Of a stretch of DNA of 64,000 nucleotides, positions 39,876 to 49,368 are shown piece by piece; within the stretch, counting starts at the first letter, position 1; every line of letters starts with the position of its first letter. Location of the stretch: assembly GCA_039818205.1 (NCBI GenBank), contig JBCBUK010000014.1, positions 1 through 64,000 of the forward strand, read 5' to 3'. Under the pieces are notes generated by a model, which saw nothing but the letters and a program-made list of their open reading frames with translations, had not been told where the DNA came from and searched no databases. This stretch comes from Verrucomicrobiota bacterium (lineage in GTDB: Bacteria; Verrucomicrobiota; Verrucomicrobiia; Opitutales; Cerasicoccaceae). A program made the translations under genes and the position numbers.

Positions 39876-40868
39876 TCAGAAACCGGATCCGGCTGATACC
39901 ATCAATGCTCCGACCAGCAGAACGATGACGAATACCATGATCCAGACGAGCACAAGGGAGACAATCCGGGCGATGATGGCGATTGCGAATGCAGTCCCGG
40001 GCTTTTGAACATCGGTCAGCCCAATAATCAAGCCCATCAAAATACCCAGCTTGATGAAATAGAGGACAAATCCGAGGTGGAATTCAAAGTAGTCCACCGC
40101 GACGTCAACACCGATCGAGGCAATCGCCATGAGTAAGCCGACCAACAGGATCTGCCGCCACATGACCGGGAATCCTTTGACTCCGAAAGCGATCTTTAAA
40201 ACAAGCGTCGTGACGACGAATTCAACGAGGAAGCCGATGGCAAACACGATCAGGAGCCCCCACCAAGGCAGCGGTTCGTCCTCCCAGTCCTCGTCAAACT
40301 CACTATACTCGCCATATTCATCGTATTCGCCGCTATCGATGTCATCGAGCATCTGCTCAAATTCCGCAATAGCATCATCAACCGACGTGTCCTCGTTGCC
40401 AGCCGCTGGCTCGAGTGCCGGCTGCACAACCGGCTCCGCCACCGGAGGAGCGACGGTTTTAGGTGATGGTGGGTCACGAACAACAGCGGGTGCCTGCGCT
40501 TCGGCTTCTTCTCCCTCAACGGGAATGGAGGTCGCGCGATAGTTTTTGTCGACCGAGTCGCCGTTCAAGCGCCACCCCTGGCCGGATCGGTAAGTAAACT
40601 GGCCCGATCCATCAGGCGTCGTATACTCCATTTTGATGCCCTTGGTTTTGAAAACACGCCCATCGCGCAATTCAATGGTATTGCCACCATAGAGCATAAA
40701 GGCGGCGCCTGACCGCGCCAACTCGGACGATGGCGGCCCTAAAGTCTCGATCACCTCCGCGGCGGTCATTCCGCGAAACACGGGCCCCGTTTCACTCTGG
40801 CCAAAGACCTGAGGACCCATTATCGAATAGAACAGAAGTAAGACTAGGGTTAAATAGTTGCGAGACAT
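39876..40868 (-). CDS. Hypothetical membrane protein
   Basis: Signal peptide, acidic/Pro linker, about 4 C-terminal TM helices. Confidence 0.75.
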   Translation of the reverse strand: MSRNYLTLVLLLFYSIMGPQVFGQSETGPVFRGMTAAEVIETLGPPSSELARSGAAFMLYGGNTIELRDGRVFKTKGIKMEYTTPDGSGQFTYRSGQGWRLNGDSVDKNYRATSIPVEGEEAEAQAPAVVRDPPSPKTVAPPVAEPVVQPALEPAAGNEDTSVDDAIAEFEQMLDDIDSGEYDEYGEYSEFDEDWEDEPLPWWGLLIVFAIGFLVEFVVTTLVLKIAFGVKGFPVMWRQILLVGLLMAIASIGVDVAVDYFEFHLGFVLYFIKLGILMGLIIGLTDVQKPGTAFAIAIIARIVSLVLVWIMVFVIVLLVGALMVSAGSGF

Positions 40869-40923
40869 TGTCGATAATCCTTACTGATAGAAATTAAACG
40901 CGCAACGCGTCTTTTTTAGAATC

Positions 40924-42045
40924 ATGACCCCAAACCCCGACGAATTGTACATGCAGCAGGCGATCGATACCGCTATGCGCGCATGGGGCGACACGCATCC
41001 CAACCCGATGGTTGGCGCGTTGATCGTTAAAAATGACGAAGTTATCGCTGAAGGTTGCCACCTTCGCGCCGGTGAATCTCACGCAGAAGTTGCGGCCTTT
41101 ATGGACCTGGGCTTTGAAACCTGCGAAGATTCCACGCTGTATGTCACACTTGAGCCCTGCTCGACCCACGGTCGGACTGGCCCCTGCACGGAAGTCATCA
41201 TCGAAAGCGGCATCCAGCGAGTGGTCGTTGGCGCCATCGATCCGAACCCCAAACACGCGGGCGAAGGCCTGACCATCCTCCGCGAGGCTGGAATCGAAGT
41301 CGCCCATGGCGTTTTGGCGGAAGAATGCGCTGAAATGAACTTCATCTTCAACCATGCGATCGTGAACGACTCCCCGCTGATGGCGGGCAAGGTCGCCATG
41401 ACCATGGATGGAAAAATTGCCACCCGCTCCAGCCACTCCCATTGGGTTACGGGCACCGAAGCCCGAGAAGATGTGATGCGCTGGCGCCGGCTTTTCCCCG
41501 CAATCGCGGTCGGGGCTGGCACCTTGATAGCGGACAACCCGTCGCTGACCGCCAGATTACCCGGAGTCGATCCATTTTGCCACACACGCTTTGTGTTCGA
41601 TCGCCAACTGCTCTCGGTCGATCACCTTGACAAACAGGTATTTAACGACGAGTGGCGGGAGAAAACTGTAGTTATCACCCAATCGGATGCCTCTCCCGAG
41701 GGCCTGCAGAAGCTCAAGGACCACGGTATCGTCTGTTGGCAACCGAGCATCGAACCCTCGGAAGCGTTTTTTCACCAATTCGAACGGAAATGCCTCGATC
41801 TCGGCATCAATGGCGTCCTGGTCGAAGGCGGCAGCGGCTTGCTCAGCGATTTGCTCGCCGAGAAGCGCCTGGACTACCTCCTCTCGTATCGCGCTCCCAA
41901 AATCCTCGCGGACGACCAGGCCCTCCCAGCTTTTCGCGGCATAACTCCCGATAAGATTTCCGACGCAATCACGCTCGAGGAAATCAAACATACTGTTTTT
42001 GGACCTGACGTTCTCACTCGAGGGTACATTGTTTACCCAGAATGA
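40924..42045 (+). CDS. ribD: Riboflavin biosynthesis deaminase/reductase
   Basis: PNPMVG, HAE, TLEPCSTHGRTGPC, VEGG. Confidence 0.96.
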   Translation: MTPNPDELYMQQAIDTAMRAWGDTHPNPMVGALIVKNDEVIAEGCHLRAGESHAEVAAFMDLGFETCEDSTLYVTLEPCSTHGRTGPCTEVIIESGIQRVVVGAIDPNPKHAGEGLTILREAGIEVAHGVLAEECAEMNFIFNHAIVNDSPLMAGKVAMTMDGKIATRSSHSHWVTGTEAREDVMRWRRLFPAIAVGAGTLIADNPSLTARLPGVDPFCHTRFVFDRQLLSVDHLDKQVFNDEWREKTVVITQSDASPEGLQKLKDHGIVCWQPSIEPSEAFFHQFERKCLDLGINGVLVEGGSGLLSDLLAEKRLDYLLSYRAPKILADDQALPAFRGITPDKISDAITLEEIKHTVFGPDVLTRGYIVYPE

Positions 42046-42653
42046 GTCACCAGCCCCGAATCGTTGTCGCCACCGGAAACGCCCACAAAACTGAGGAAAT
42101 CGCTGCGGCCCTCGCTCGCCAAGGATGCGCCGTGACTGTCGTCTCCGCACGCGAGCTCGGAGGAATGCCCGAGGTGGACGAAAACGGCAACACATTTGAG
42201 GCGAACGCTCGGCTTAAGGTCGAAGCTCTCCAAGCCAAAGCGGGCACCTCCGACTGGATACTTGCGGACGACAGCGGCCTAGAAGTCGAAGTTCTAGATG
42301 GCGCACCCGGCATCTACTCCGCCCGCTACGCGGGTCCCAATGCCACCGACGCCGATAACAACGCAAAGCTCCTGCGCGAGCTTGGATGCACCCCCAGCCC
42401 ATGCCGAAAGGCCCGCTTCGTGTGCACTCTGGTGCTCCTGGGCGGAGGGGTCGATGCAGTCTTCAACGGCGTGTGCGCGGGTCGTATGCTTGAGCAAGCC
42501 GCCGGCAACGCTGGATTTGGCTACGATCCATTATTCGTTCCCGACGATTACGAACAAACATTTGCCGAGCTGGGCTCGAGCGTAAAAGACGAGATCAGCC
42601 ACCGGGCTCGGGCCTGCCAGCAACTTGCTGGGTGGCTCAATGCCAGAAAGTAA
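42042..42653 (+). CDS. rdgB: Non-canonical purine NTP pyrophosphatase
   Basis: ADDSGL, GIYSARY, GFGYDPLF, SHRARA. Confidence 0.95.
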   Translation: MSHQPRIVVATGNAHKTEEIAAALARQGCAVTVVSARELGGMPEVDENGNTFEANARLKVEALQAKAGTSDWILADDSGLEVEVLDGAPGIYSARYAGPNATDADNNAKLLRELGCTPSPCRKARFVCTLVLLGGGVDAVFNGVCAGRMLEQAAGNAGFGYDPLFVPDDYEQTFAELGSSVKDEISHRARACQQLAGWLNARK

Positions 42654-42687
42654 ATTCGCTAAAAGCAGCCCAGGAAAACTCGCCTGG

Positions 42688-43248
42688 CTACGCGTCCTTC
42701 GACTTTCGGCGACGCGCTTTACGGAGGCCAACGCCAGCTGCCAACGTTGCCAGTCCAGCGAGAGCAATCGTTGTTGAGGTTTCTGGAACTGTACCCACGG
42801 CACCACCGCCGGAGATAATCGACTGACCCGGAGTATCGTTCCAGGCACCGGCCACATTTGTGATTGGGCCACCGAGGCCACCGAACTGAAGTTGAATCCA
42901 ACCCACCTGATTCGCCGCGGTTATAAAACCAAAATTCGCGGTAAAGCTAGCCCCAGAACTGAAGGAAAAAGCGGTTCCAAAAGCGGCTCCGGTCGAAACG
43001 GTCGCCCCGGGAGCAAAGGAGGCAAAACCCGTAATACCAGCTGCGGTACCAAAACCCTTCACCCCATTATTGATTTCGAAGACTAAGCCTATTGGCGCGC
43101 CGAGTGTGTCAGAAACCGAGATAAAATTACTCGACCCGGTCGCTACAGAGGTGGGGGAGAAACTGAGACTAACTATAGCGGCGGAAGCGGGCGAACCCGC
43201 GATAGCCGCGCTCGCAAGCGCGGCACCGAATTTCACATTGGTATTCAT
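42688..43248 (-). CDS. PEP-CTERM-type surface protein, paralog 2
   Basis: Signal peptide; C-terminal VPETSTT + TM + RKARRRK. Confidence 0.85.
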   Translation of the reverse strand: MNTNVKFGAALASAAIAGSPASAAIVSLSFSPTSVATGSSNFISVSDTLGAPIGLVFEINNGVKGFGTAAGITGFASFAPGATVSTGAAFGTAFSFSSGASFTANFGFITAANQVGWIQLQFGGLGGPITNVAGAWNDTPGQSIISGGGAVGTVPETSTTIALAGLATLAAGVGLRKARRRKSKDA

Positions 43249-43343
43249 AGCAGTTTGGTAGATGAGTGTCCTTAAAAGTAGGTGGCAAATCGGTGATTGC
43301 AAATCGATACCAATCAGCATTCGGAGATGCTTGGAAGTCGATA

Positions 43344-43934
43344 TCAGCTAGCCGATACTGACTTCATCTTGCGGCGACGCGCCTTGCGAATCCCAACGCC
43401 AGCAGCCAACGTTGCCAGACCAGCGAGAGCAATCGTTGTTGAGGTTTCTGGAACTGCTCCCACGGCACCACCACCGGAGATGATTGCGCCGCCAGGCGTA
43501 TTGTTCCAGGCACCGGCCAGGTAAGTAACGGGACCACCAGCACCACCAAAATTAACCCGGATCCAACCCACATTATTCGTTGCGGTGAGGAAGGCAAATG
43601 TACCGGTATCACCAACCGTAGCCCCGATTGAAATCAGAGAAAAGAATGTTGCTCCCGTCGTAATTGGCTGGCCTACGGTGATATACGCAAATCCTGAAAT
43701 TGGCGGCAGGTCGGCTGAGAGGGTCTTTCCATCAGAATTATTGAACTGCTGAAACTGCGCTACCGGAGCAGCCAATGTGTCCGTTATTGAGACCGTTTGA
43801 GTCGGACCGTATGTAACGGGATTCGGCGTGAAATTCAAGCCGACAATGGCGCCAGAAGCCTGGGGAGCCGCAAGAGCGACGCCCGCTAGCGCAGCACTAA
43901 ATTTGGCAGCCGAATCAAGAGCTTTTGTGTCCAT
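43344..43934 (-). CDS. PEP-CTERM-type surface protein, paralog 1
   Basis: Same architecture; shared VGWI...AGAWN.TPG..IISGGGAVG.VPETSTT. Confidence 0.85.
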   Translation of the reverse strand: MDTKALDSAAKFSAALAGVALAAPQASGAIVGLNFTPNPVTYGPTQTVSITDTLAAPVAQFQQFNNSDGKTLSADLPPISGFAYITVGQPITTGATFFSLISIGATVGDTGTFAFLTATNNVGWIRVNFGGAGGPVTYLAGAWNNTPGGAIISGGGAVGAVPETSTTIALAGLATLAAGVGIRKARRRKMKSVSAS

Positions 43935-44137
43935 GTGCAGAAATGTAGTCGTTTAGAGGAGCGGTGTTTCCTCCAGAACTGACCACAAAAAAACGCTGAG
44001 TCAAGGCAAGCAATCAAACACCATCAAAATTAATTAAATATTAATGATACTGTCCGAGGTGGTAGCGTTGCGGGCGTGCAAACGGGCAACGAGCCGAGAA
44101 AACGCGTCCTCAGATGCGACTGAGGGGCCAATCGCAA

Positions 44138-44980
44138 CTACGGCTGATCGTTAATCAGATTCTTGGGCATGTCGGTGATCAGGTTGTCCGACATATCTTG
44201 AATCGGATCCGCCGGCATGTCCTGAATTGGATCCGCTGGCATGTCCTGAATCGGGTTTGGGCTCATGTCTGAGACCAAATTAGTGGGCATATTCGGCAGC
44301 AGATTGGCGTAACCGGTTCCCACGGCATCCTCTGCCTTCTGATTGGTAACGGTGATCTTAACCGAGGCTGGATCGTTATTGAAGACATAGAGGTCAGGAG
44401 AGACACTTGCACCGTCGCGCGAGTGGATCTGACGGCGCATCCCTTCCTGCTCAAAGCGGATAATCAAGTAGCGATTGGGCATGTTGCGCTCAAACAATGA
44501 CGAGGCATCAATTACTTTGATACCGGGCTCCGAGTGGAGGTCGAGCACACGGTTTGCCTGGTGAATCGGCGAGCGTTCGAATTGTGCGGTAAGGCTACGC
44601 TTGGAATCGAGTTCTCCAGTGGTTCCGATATATTCTACACGAAGCGGGCGCGGCTCGCCCTTTACGCCCTCAAGAGCGAAGCTGAGCAGAAGCTTTTTTC
44701 CCTCGGCAGCCTTAATCGCCTGACCGAGCCCATTGGATTGAAGGTCAAAAATCGCGATTCCCTTGCAGGTCAGCGTGCTCCGCTGCACCCAGTTGATCCC
44801 GGTGGATGTGAGGACATCTCCAGCCTCGAAATGGGCGTGGTCAACCGCTCCGAAGCGGTTGTTGGTCCCGAGTTTACCAGTCATTGAGTAGACATGATAG
44901 GCCGGGAAAACTGACTCCGCTGATAGCGAGAGTGAAGTGACAGCAAAAAGCAGAGAAATTGCAGCTAGGCGTAAGGTCAT
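44138..44980 (-). CDS. Secreted hypothetical protein with C-terminal 8-aa repeats
   Basis: Signal peptide MTLRLAAISLLF...; C-terminal DMPADPIQ-type repeats. Confidence 0.75.
   Translation of the reverse strand: MTLRLAAISLLFAVTSLSLSAESVFPAYHVYSMTGKLGTNNRFGAVDHAHFEAGDVLTSTGINWVQRSTLTCKGIAIFDLQSNGLGQAIKAAEGKKLLLSFALEGVKGEPRPLRVEYIGTTGELDSKRSLTAQFERSPIHQANRVLDLHSEPGIKVIDASSLFERNMPNRYLIIRFEQEGMRRQIHSRDGASVSPDLYVFNNDPASVKITVTNQKAEDAVGTGYANLLPNMPTNLVSDMSPNPIQDMPADPIQDMPADPIQDMSDNLITDMPKNLINDQP
44141..44293 (-). repeat. Coding 24-bp tandem repeat (about 6 units)
   Basis: NMPTNLVS DMSPNPIQ DMPADPIQ DMPADPIQ DMSDNLIT DMPKNLIN. Confidence 0.85.
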
Positions 44981-45158
44981 GGTGGGCTGGTTGTTAGGGT
45001 CGAGATTTAATATCACCTTGGGGCCTAGATTGTCGCTAGGCAACCTGAAAAGAGGGATATTGAATCCAGCCGGGGCGTTGATTTATGCTTTACTGTAGTG
45101 TAGGTATTCTCCAATTTTGTGCTTTAACCAGTCTTGTACACAGTTTAGATTTACTAGA

Positions 45159-45461
45159 ATGCAGTCGTCCGACCAAGCAACCCCCGGTTCCGAGCTCAGC
45201 CGGGAATTTACGGTTCAAAATAAAATGGGCATCCACGCACGCCCCGCCGCGATGATTGTGCGTGTCGCAAATAAATTCAACGACGTCGATGTTTGGGTGG
45301 ATAAGGATGACGAGCAGGTCAATGGCCGGAGCATTATGGGTTTGATGATGCTCGCCGCTGGCCAGGGTGCTAAATTGCGCTTCATCGCCACTGGCCCAGA
45401 TGCAGAGTCGCTCCTCGCCGAGCTTGAGGACCTGTTCTCCCGTAAGTTCGAAGAGGCCTAG
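45159..45461 (+). CDS. ptsH: HPr phosphocarrier protein
   Basis: GIHARPA (His15) and GRSIMGLMML (Ser46). Confidence 0.93.
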   Translation: MQSSDQATPGSELSREFTVQNKMGIHARPAAMIVRVANKFNDVDVWVDKDDEQVNGRSIMGLMMLAAGQGAKLRFIATGPDAESLLAELEDLFSRKFEEA

Positions 45462-45479
45462 CGCAATTGGCTAGCAGTT

Positions 45480-46001
45480 TTAAGCAAGCTCCACCCCTAG
45501 GATGGAGGATGCTTTAGTTTTGTCCCCGCCACAGAGATCAACCACGTATCCAACGTAATTCTCCTCGGACAGCTGCAAGTGCTCAGCCAATGTGGGCAGG
45601 TTATTGAGCTCCTTCTCCTTAAGGTTTCCCTTTCGGCTTAAGGCCATTTCGTAGGCATTGTCGACCGCGATCATCAGCGAATCGACTTGGATTGGCTTCT
45701 CAATCACCAAATAGACGCCCGCATCAAGCGCCTCCCGGCTCAAATCTTCGTTGCTAAAGCCCGACATGAGGATGATCACCACATTGGGATCGGTTTCCAA
45801 CAGCCGCTGGCTCAGCTCGATTCCGTTCATCGGCTCCATCGCGTAGTCAATAAGGACAACGTCGAAACGCGTCTGATGATAGCGCAAGAGCGCCTCTTCG
45901 CCGGAGGATGCTCCGGCACAGAGGTAACCCGATGCGCTAATCAAGCTAGTCAGCATCTCATGGATGGCTGGCAGGTCATCAACTATCAATAAACTGGGCA
46001 T
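45480..46001 (-). CDS. Response regulator: receiver + truncated Fis-like HTH
   Basis: IVDD, LIDYAM, KP; C-terminal GGDKTKASSILGV. Confidence 0.85.
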   Translation of the reverse strand: MPSLLIVDDLPAIHEMLTSLISASGYLCAGASSGEEALLRYHQTRFDVVLIDYAMEPMNGIELSQRLLETDPNVVIILMSGFSNEDLSREALDAGVYLVIEKPIQVDSLMIAVDNAYEMALSRKGNLKEKELNNLPTLAEHLQLSEENYVGYVVDLCGGDKTKASSILGVELA

Positions 46002-46031
46002 GAGCGAAAGTAAGCTTATTCGGTAGCGTCC

Positions 46032-47192
46032 TTAGCCACCAACCACGCTGGAAAGTTGGAAGATCGGCAGGAACATCGCCATAACAATACCACCGATGAT
46101 CACACCGAGCACACAAATCAGGATCGGCTCCATCAGCGAGGTCAGCGACTCCACGATATTATTAACCTCAACATCGTAAAAATCCGCGATCTTATTCATC
46201 ATGCCGTCGACGTTACCCGTTTGCTCACCGGCTTTAGCCATGTGCTTAACCATCGATGGGAAGTAAGGCGTATCGGCGATAATTTCCGATAGCTGGCCAC
46301 CTTGACTAATGTGGCGGCTAAAATTGACGCAGGCATTTTCAACAAAGGTATTGTTGGATGCACTTGAACAGATTTCCAGCGTGCGAAGAATCGGAACACC
46401 ACTGCGCAGGAGAATTGCGTAGGTGCGGCAGAAACGGGAGATATTAACCTTTTGGGAAAGATTCCCAATGATCGGCATTTTGCTGAAGAAAACATCCTTT
46501 GCACGACGCCCACGCGGGGTGGCAGTCACTCGCTTCAAGGTCCAGACGAACGCTACGGCCCCCAGAATAATCCAGTGGATGTTGTATTTCAAAAAGTTCG
46601 AAATATCGATCAACATCTGGGTCGGCTTGGGCAGCTCTGCTCCAAAGTCGGCAAACATTTCCGAGAAGACCGGAATCACAAAGATCAGCAGGACGTTCAC
46701 CAGGATGACAGCCAAACCGATGACCGCAATCGGGTAGGTCATGGCACTCTTCACCTTTTTGATCAGCGCCAACGACTCTTCGAAGTAAAGGGCAACCTTG
46801 CCCATAATGTCAGCCAAGGCACCCGAAGCTTCACCAGCCTCTACCATGGAAACGAACAAATTCGGAAATGCCTTCGGAAACTTGCGCACCGCATCGGAGA
46901 ATGAAGTACCACCTGCAATATCGTTTCGGACATCACGGATAATGATCTGAAAAACGGGATTCTCCGTTTGGTCCTGCAAGGCCTCAAGCGCACTCACCAA
47001 GGGGAGGCCGGCCTCAAGCATCGAGGAAATCTGCTGGGTAAAAACCGTAATTTCATCCAGCTTGATTTTTTTGCGGTGAGCCTGCTTTTCGTAGGCCTTG
47101 AGCTTCGCCAGCCGTTGCGATTCCGCAAACGACATTTTCTTTTTCGAGCCGGCAGCCGTGGAACTGGCCGCACTTTGACTTAACATCGCCAT
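46032..47192 (-). CDS. Type II secretion F / type IV pilus PilC family
   Basis: AGEASGAL, AMTYP, GEQTGNV, LMEP. Confidence 0.93.
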   Translation of the reverse strand: MAMLSQSAASSTAAGSKKKMSFAESQRLAKLKAYEKQAHRKKIKLDEITVFTQQISSMLEAGLPLVSALEALQDQTENPVFQIIIRDVRNDIAGGTSFSDAVRKFPKAFPNLFVSMVEAGEASGALADIMGKVALYFEESLALIKKVKSAMTYPIAVIGLAVILVNVLLIFVIPVFSEMFADFGAELPKPTQMLIDISNFLKYNIHWIILGAVAFVWTLKRVTATPRGRRAKDVFFSKMPIIGNLSQKVNISRFCRTYAILLRSGVPILRTLEICSSASNNTFVENACVNFSRHISQGGQLSEIIADTPYFPSMVKHMAKAGEQTGNVDGMMNKIADFYDVEVNNIVESLTSLMEPILICVLGVIIGGIVMAMFLPIFQLSSVVGG

Positions 47193-47309
47193 AATATGTG
47201 CAGGATCAAAAATTCAAGTGGTACAATAGAATCGGGCAAATGACTAAAAGCCATTTCAGAAAATAGCTTGACCTAAAACGCCAAGGAGGTCAAGCCTTCC
47301 AGTTTACAA

Positions 47310-47384
47310 GCGGGCGTAGTACAACGGCTAGTATACGAGTCTTCCAAACTTGGGATGAGGGTTCGATTCCCTCCGCCCGCACCA
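47310..47384 (+). tRNA. tRNA-Gly(TCC)
   Basis: GCGGGCG/CGCCCGC acceptor stem, anticodon arm CGAGT-CTTCCAA-ACTTG, GGTTCGATTCC, ACCA end. Confidence 0.96.
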
Positions 47385-47783
47385 AGTAAGCATTGATATC
47401 GCCAAATCCCCCAAAGATTAAGGCGTTAACAATCAAAACCTTACGAAAGCTATCATTGCCCTGCTAGCGATTGTTTCCCTCTCGAAGTGACGGGTGAACG
47501 TCGGTCTGACCGACCCACGCATTAACATCTTGCTTACATATTTCTGCAATCGGCGGTAGCAACACATACAGCAGCTCAGATCAGCAATTTGCCAATCCCA
47601 AGCCCCAGGGATCATTCGAACAGGGCCACTCCACTACGACAACCCTTGAGCGAAGCCACAAAAGCTTCTGCCCGGAATGCCAGGGTAATCATACAAACGC
47701 AGATTGAACACCGGGGACCAACCACTCTGCCCCACACAATTCTCCCTTGAGATGACTCGATTGGGAGATTACCGTTGGTCATC

Positions 47784-48152
47784 ATGGCTACCCATTACAA
47801 GATGATCGATGATAACGGCACCTCGTCGATTGAGACGCTTGATGCCCCCGTTTTTACCCCTACCGACCATGAAGGCTGGTTTGGCCAAGCCTTTGAAGCC
47901 TCAGGCCTTTTCTGCTTCATTCTCAAAGTCGAATCCGAGGCAGCGGAATTTCCGCTCCACGCGGCGCCCGAGGCCTGGATCGGTTATGTAGTTGCGGGAA
48001 ACGGCACGCTCTACTCCGGCGATGGCGCTGGCGACAAGCTTAAGGAGGTCTCCTATAACACGGGCGACTTCTTTACCTTCGAGCCCAAGACCCAGCACGC
48101 TTGGAAAAATGGCGTAGGCGAATCCAAGATATTTTTTGCTAAAGTTGCTTAG
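47784..48152 (+). CDS. Cupin-domain protein
   Basis: PLH..PE...YVVAGNG and GDFFTFEPKTQHAWKN. Confidence 0.8.
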   Translation: MATHYKMIDDNGTSSIETLDAPVFTPTDHEGWFGQAFEASGLFCFILKVESEAAEFPLHAAPEAWIGYVVAGNGTLYSGDGAGDKLKEVSYNTGDFFTFEPKTQHAWKNGVGESKIFFAKVA

Positions 48153-48328
48153 AATAAATGACCGGACGAACGCTCGAGTGTGATTGGCGAATTAATTCGC
48201 CTAATAACCATTCCAAGGTAAGTTTCTGACTGCGAGTCAGCGTTGCTGAATCCAAGATTTTATTATTTCTAAGCATGAGCCGAGACGGCTCGCTGAAACC
48301 ATTCATTAACCATCACCTTATTGATATC

Positions 48329-48712
48329 ATGAAAGTCACCGAAGCCGCCTTTGTCGGTTACCCTGTTACTGACATCAAACGCGCCCGCGAGTTCTACGAG
48401 GGAGTCCTTGGACTTACCACCGGAGAGTTCGATCAAGAAATCGAGAGCATGCCCGGCAAGTATTGGATCGAATACGAACTCAGCAATGTAACCCTAGCCA
48501 TTTCTAACACGTGGGAACCGGGCAGCGAAGGGGGACCATCGGTCGCACTTGAGGTCGAAGACCTGAGCGCCGCCATGACCAAGCTCAAGGAAGCCGGAGC
48601 CAACATCATCGTTGAGCACATGGAATCTCCGGTCTGCGAATTTGCCCTGATCACTGATCCAGATGGCAATGGAATCACCATCCACAAGCGCAAGGAAGGC
48701 TGCCAACACTAA
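48329..48712 (+). CDS. VOC/glyoxalase family protein
   Basis: VTDIKRAREFYEGVLGL, DPDGN. Confidence 0.9.
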   Translation: MKVTEAAFVGYPVTDIKRAREFYEGVLGLTTGEFDQEIESMPGKYWIEYELSNVTLAISNTWEPGSEGGPSVALEVEDLSAAMTKLKEAGANIIVEHMESPVCEFALITDPDGNGITIHKRKEGCQH

Positions 48713-48738
48713 CGCCTCCAAATCAACTGCTACCAGCT

Positions 48739-49296
48739 ATGAAAACAACTCAAACCATTGCTTTCTGTGCCGCCATCGGACTGTTGTCCAGTGGCGGATT
48801 CACAGAAACTAAAGCCCAAACCGAAGATTCTAACTACATCCTCGTCGATGAAGATTCACTTGTCGATCTGGGTGTTGCTGAGGCCAAGGAAACGATCGCC
48901 GATTTCGACCATGCATTCAAAAACCGAGACGACTCAATGACTGAGTTCGCCGTCAAAAAACCGTTCCCCTATGGAGATGGTAGCCACGAACACATGTGGG
49001 TCGCAGTAACCGAAGTTACCCCGGAAGGATATCAAGGCTACCTAAACAACACGCCATACGATGCGACCTATGTTGAGATTGGCCAGGAGATGTTTGTTAA
49101 GCGCGACGAGATTTCTGATTGGATGTACAACAAAGACGATAAGTTGATCGGCGGCTATACCATCGCGGCGATCGTCTTCGAAAGCCCACCCGAGCAGCGG
49201 GCGGCCTACTCCAAACAAATGGGCATCGACTGGAAACGCTACAAATTCCTCAGCAAACCCATCAAAGAAGAGATGGAAGCCAGGAAGAAAAAGTGA
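48739..49296 (+). CDS. DUF2314 (YegJ-like) protein
   Basis: EHMWV, G.LNNTP, ISDWMY...GGYTI. Confidence 0.85.
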   Translation: MKTTQTIAFCAAIGLLSSGGFTETKAQTEDSNYILVDEDSLVDLGVAEAKETIADFDHAFKNRDDSMTEFAVKKPFPYGDGSHEHMWVAVTEVTPEGYQGYLNNTPYDATYVEIGQEMFVKRDEISDWMYNKDDKLIGGYTIAAIVFESPPEQRAAYSKQMGIDWKRYKFLSKPIKEEMEARKKK

Positions 49297-49310
49297 CACC
49301 TTGAATCGAC

Positions 49311-49344
49311 AAAAAAATCCTCCGACCACATCGGAGGATTTTTT
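49311..49344. terminator. Bidirectional intrinsic terminator
   Basis: A7-TCCTCCGA-loop-TCGGAGGA-T6 between convergent genes. Confidence 0.85.
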
Positions 49345-49368
49345 GTAAAGCGCTCATCGAGAAGTGCC

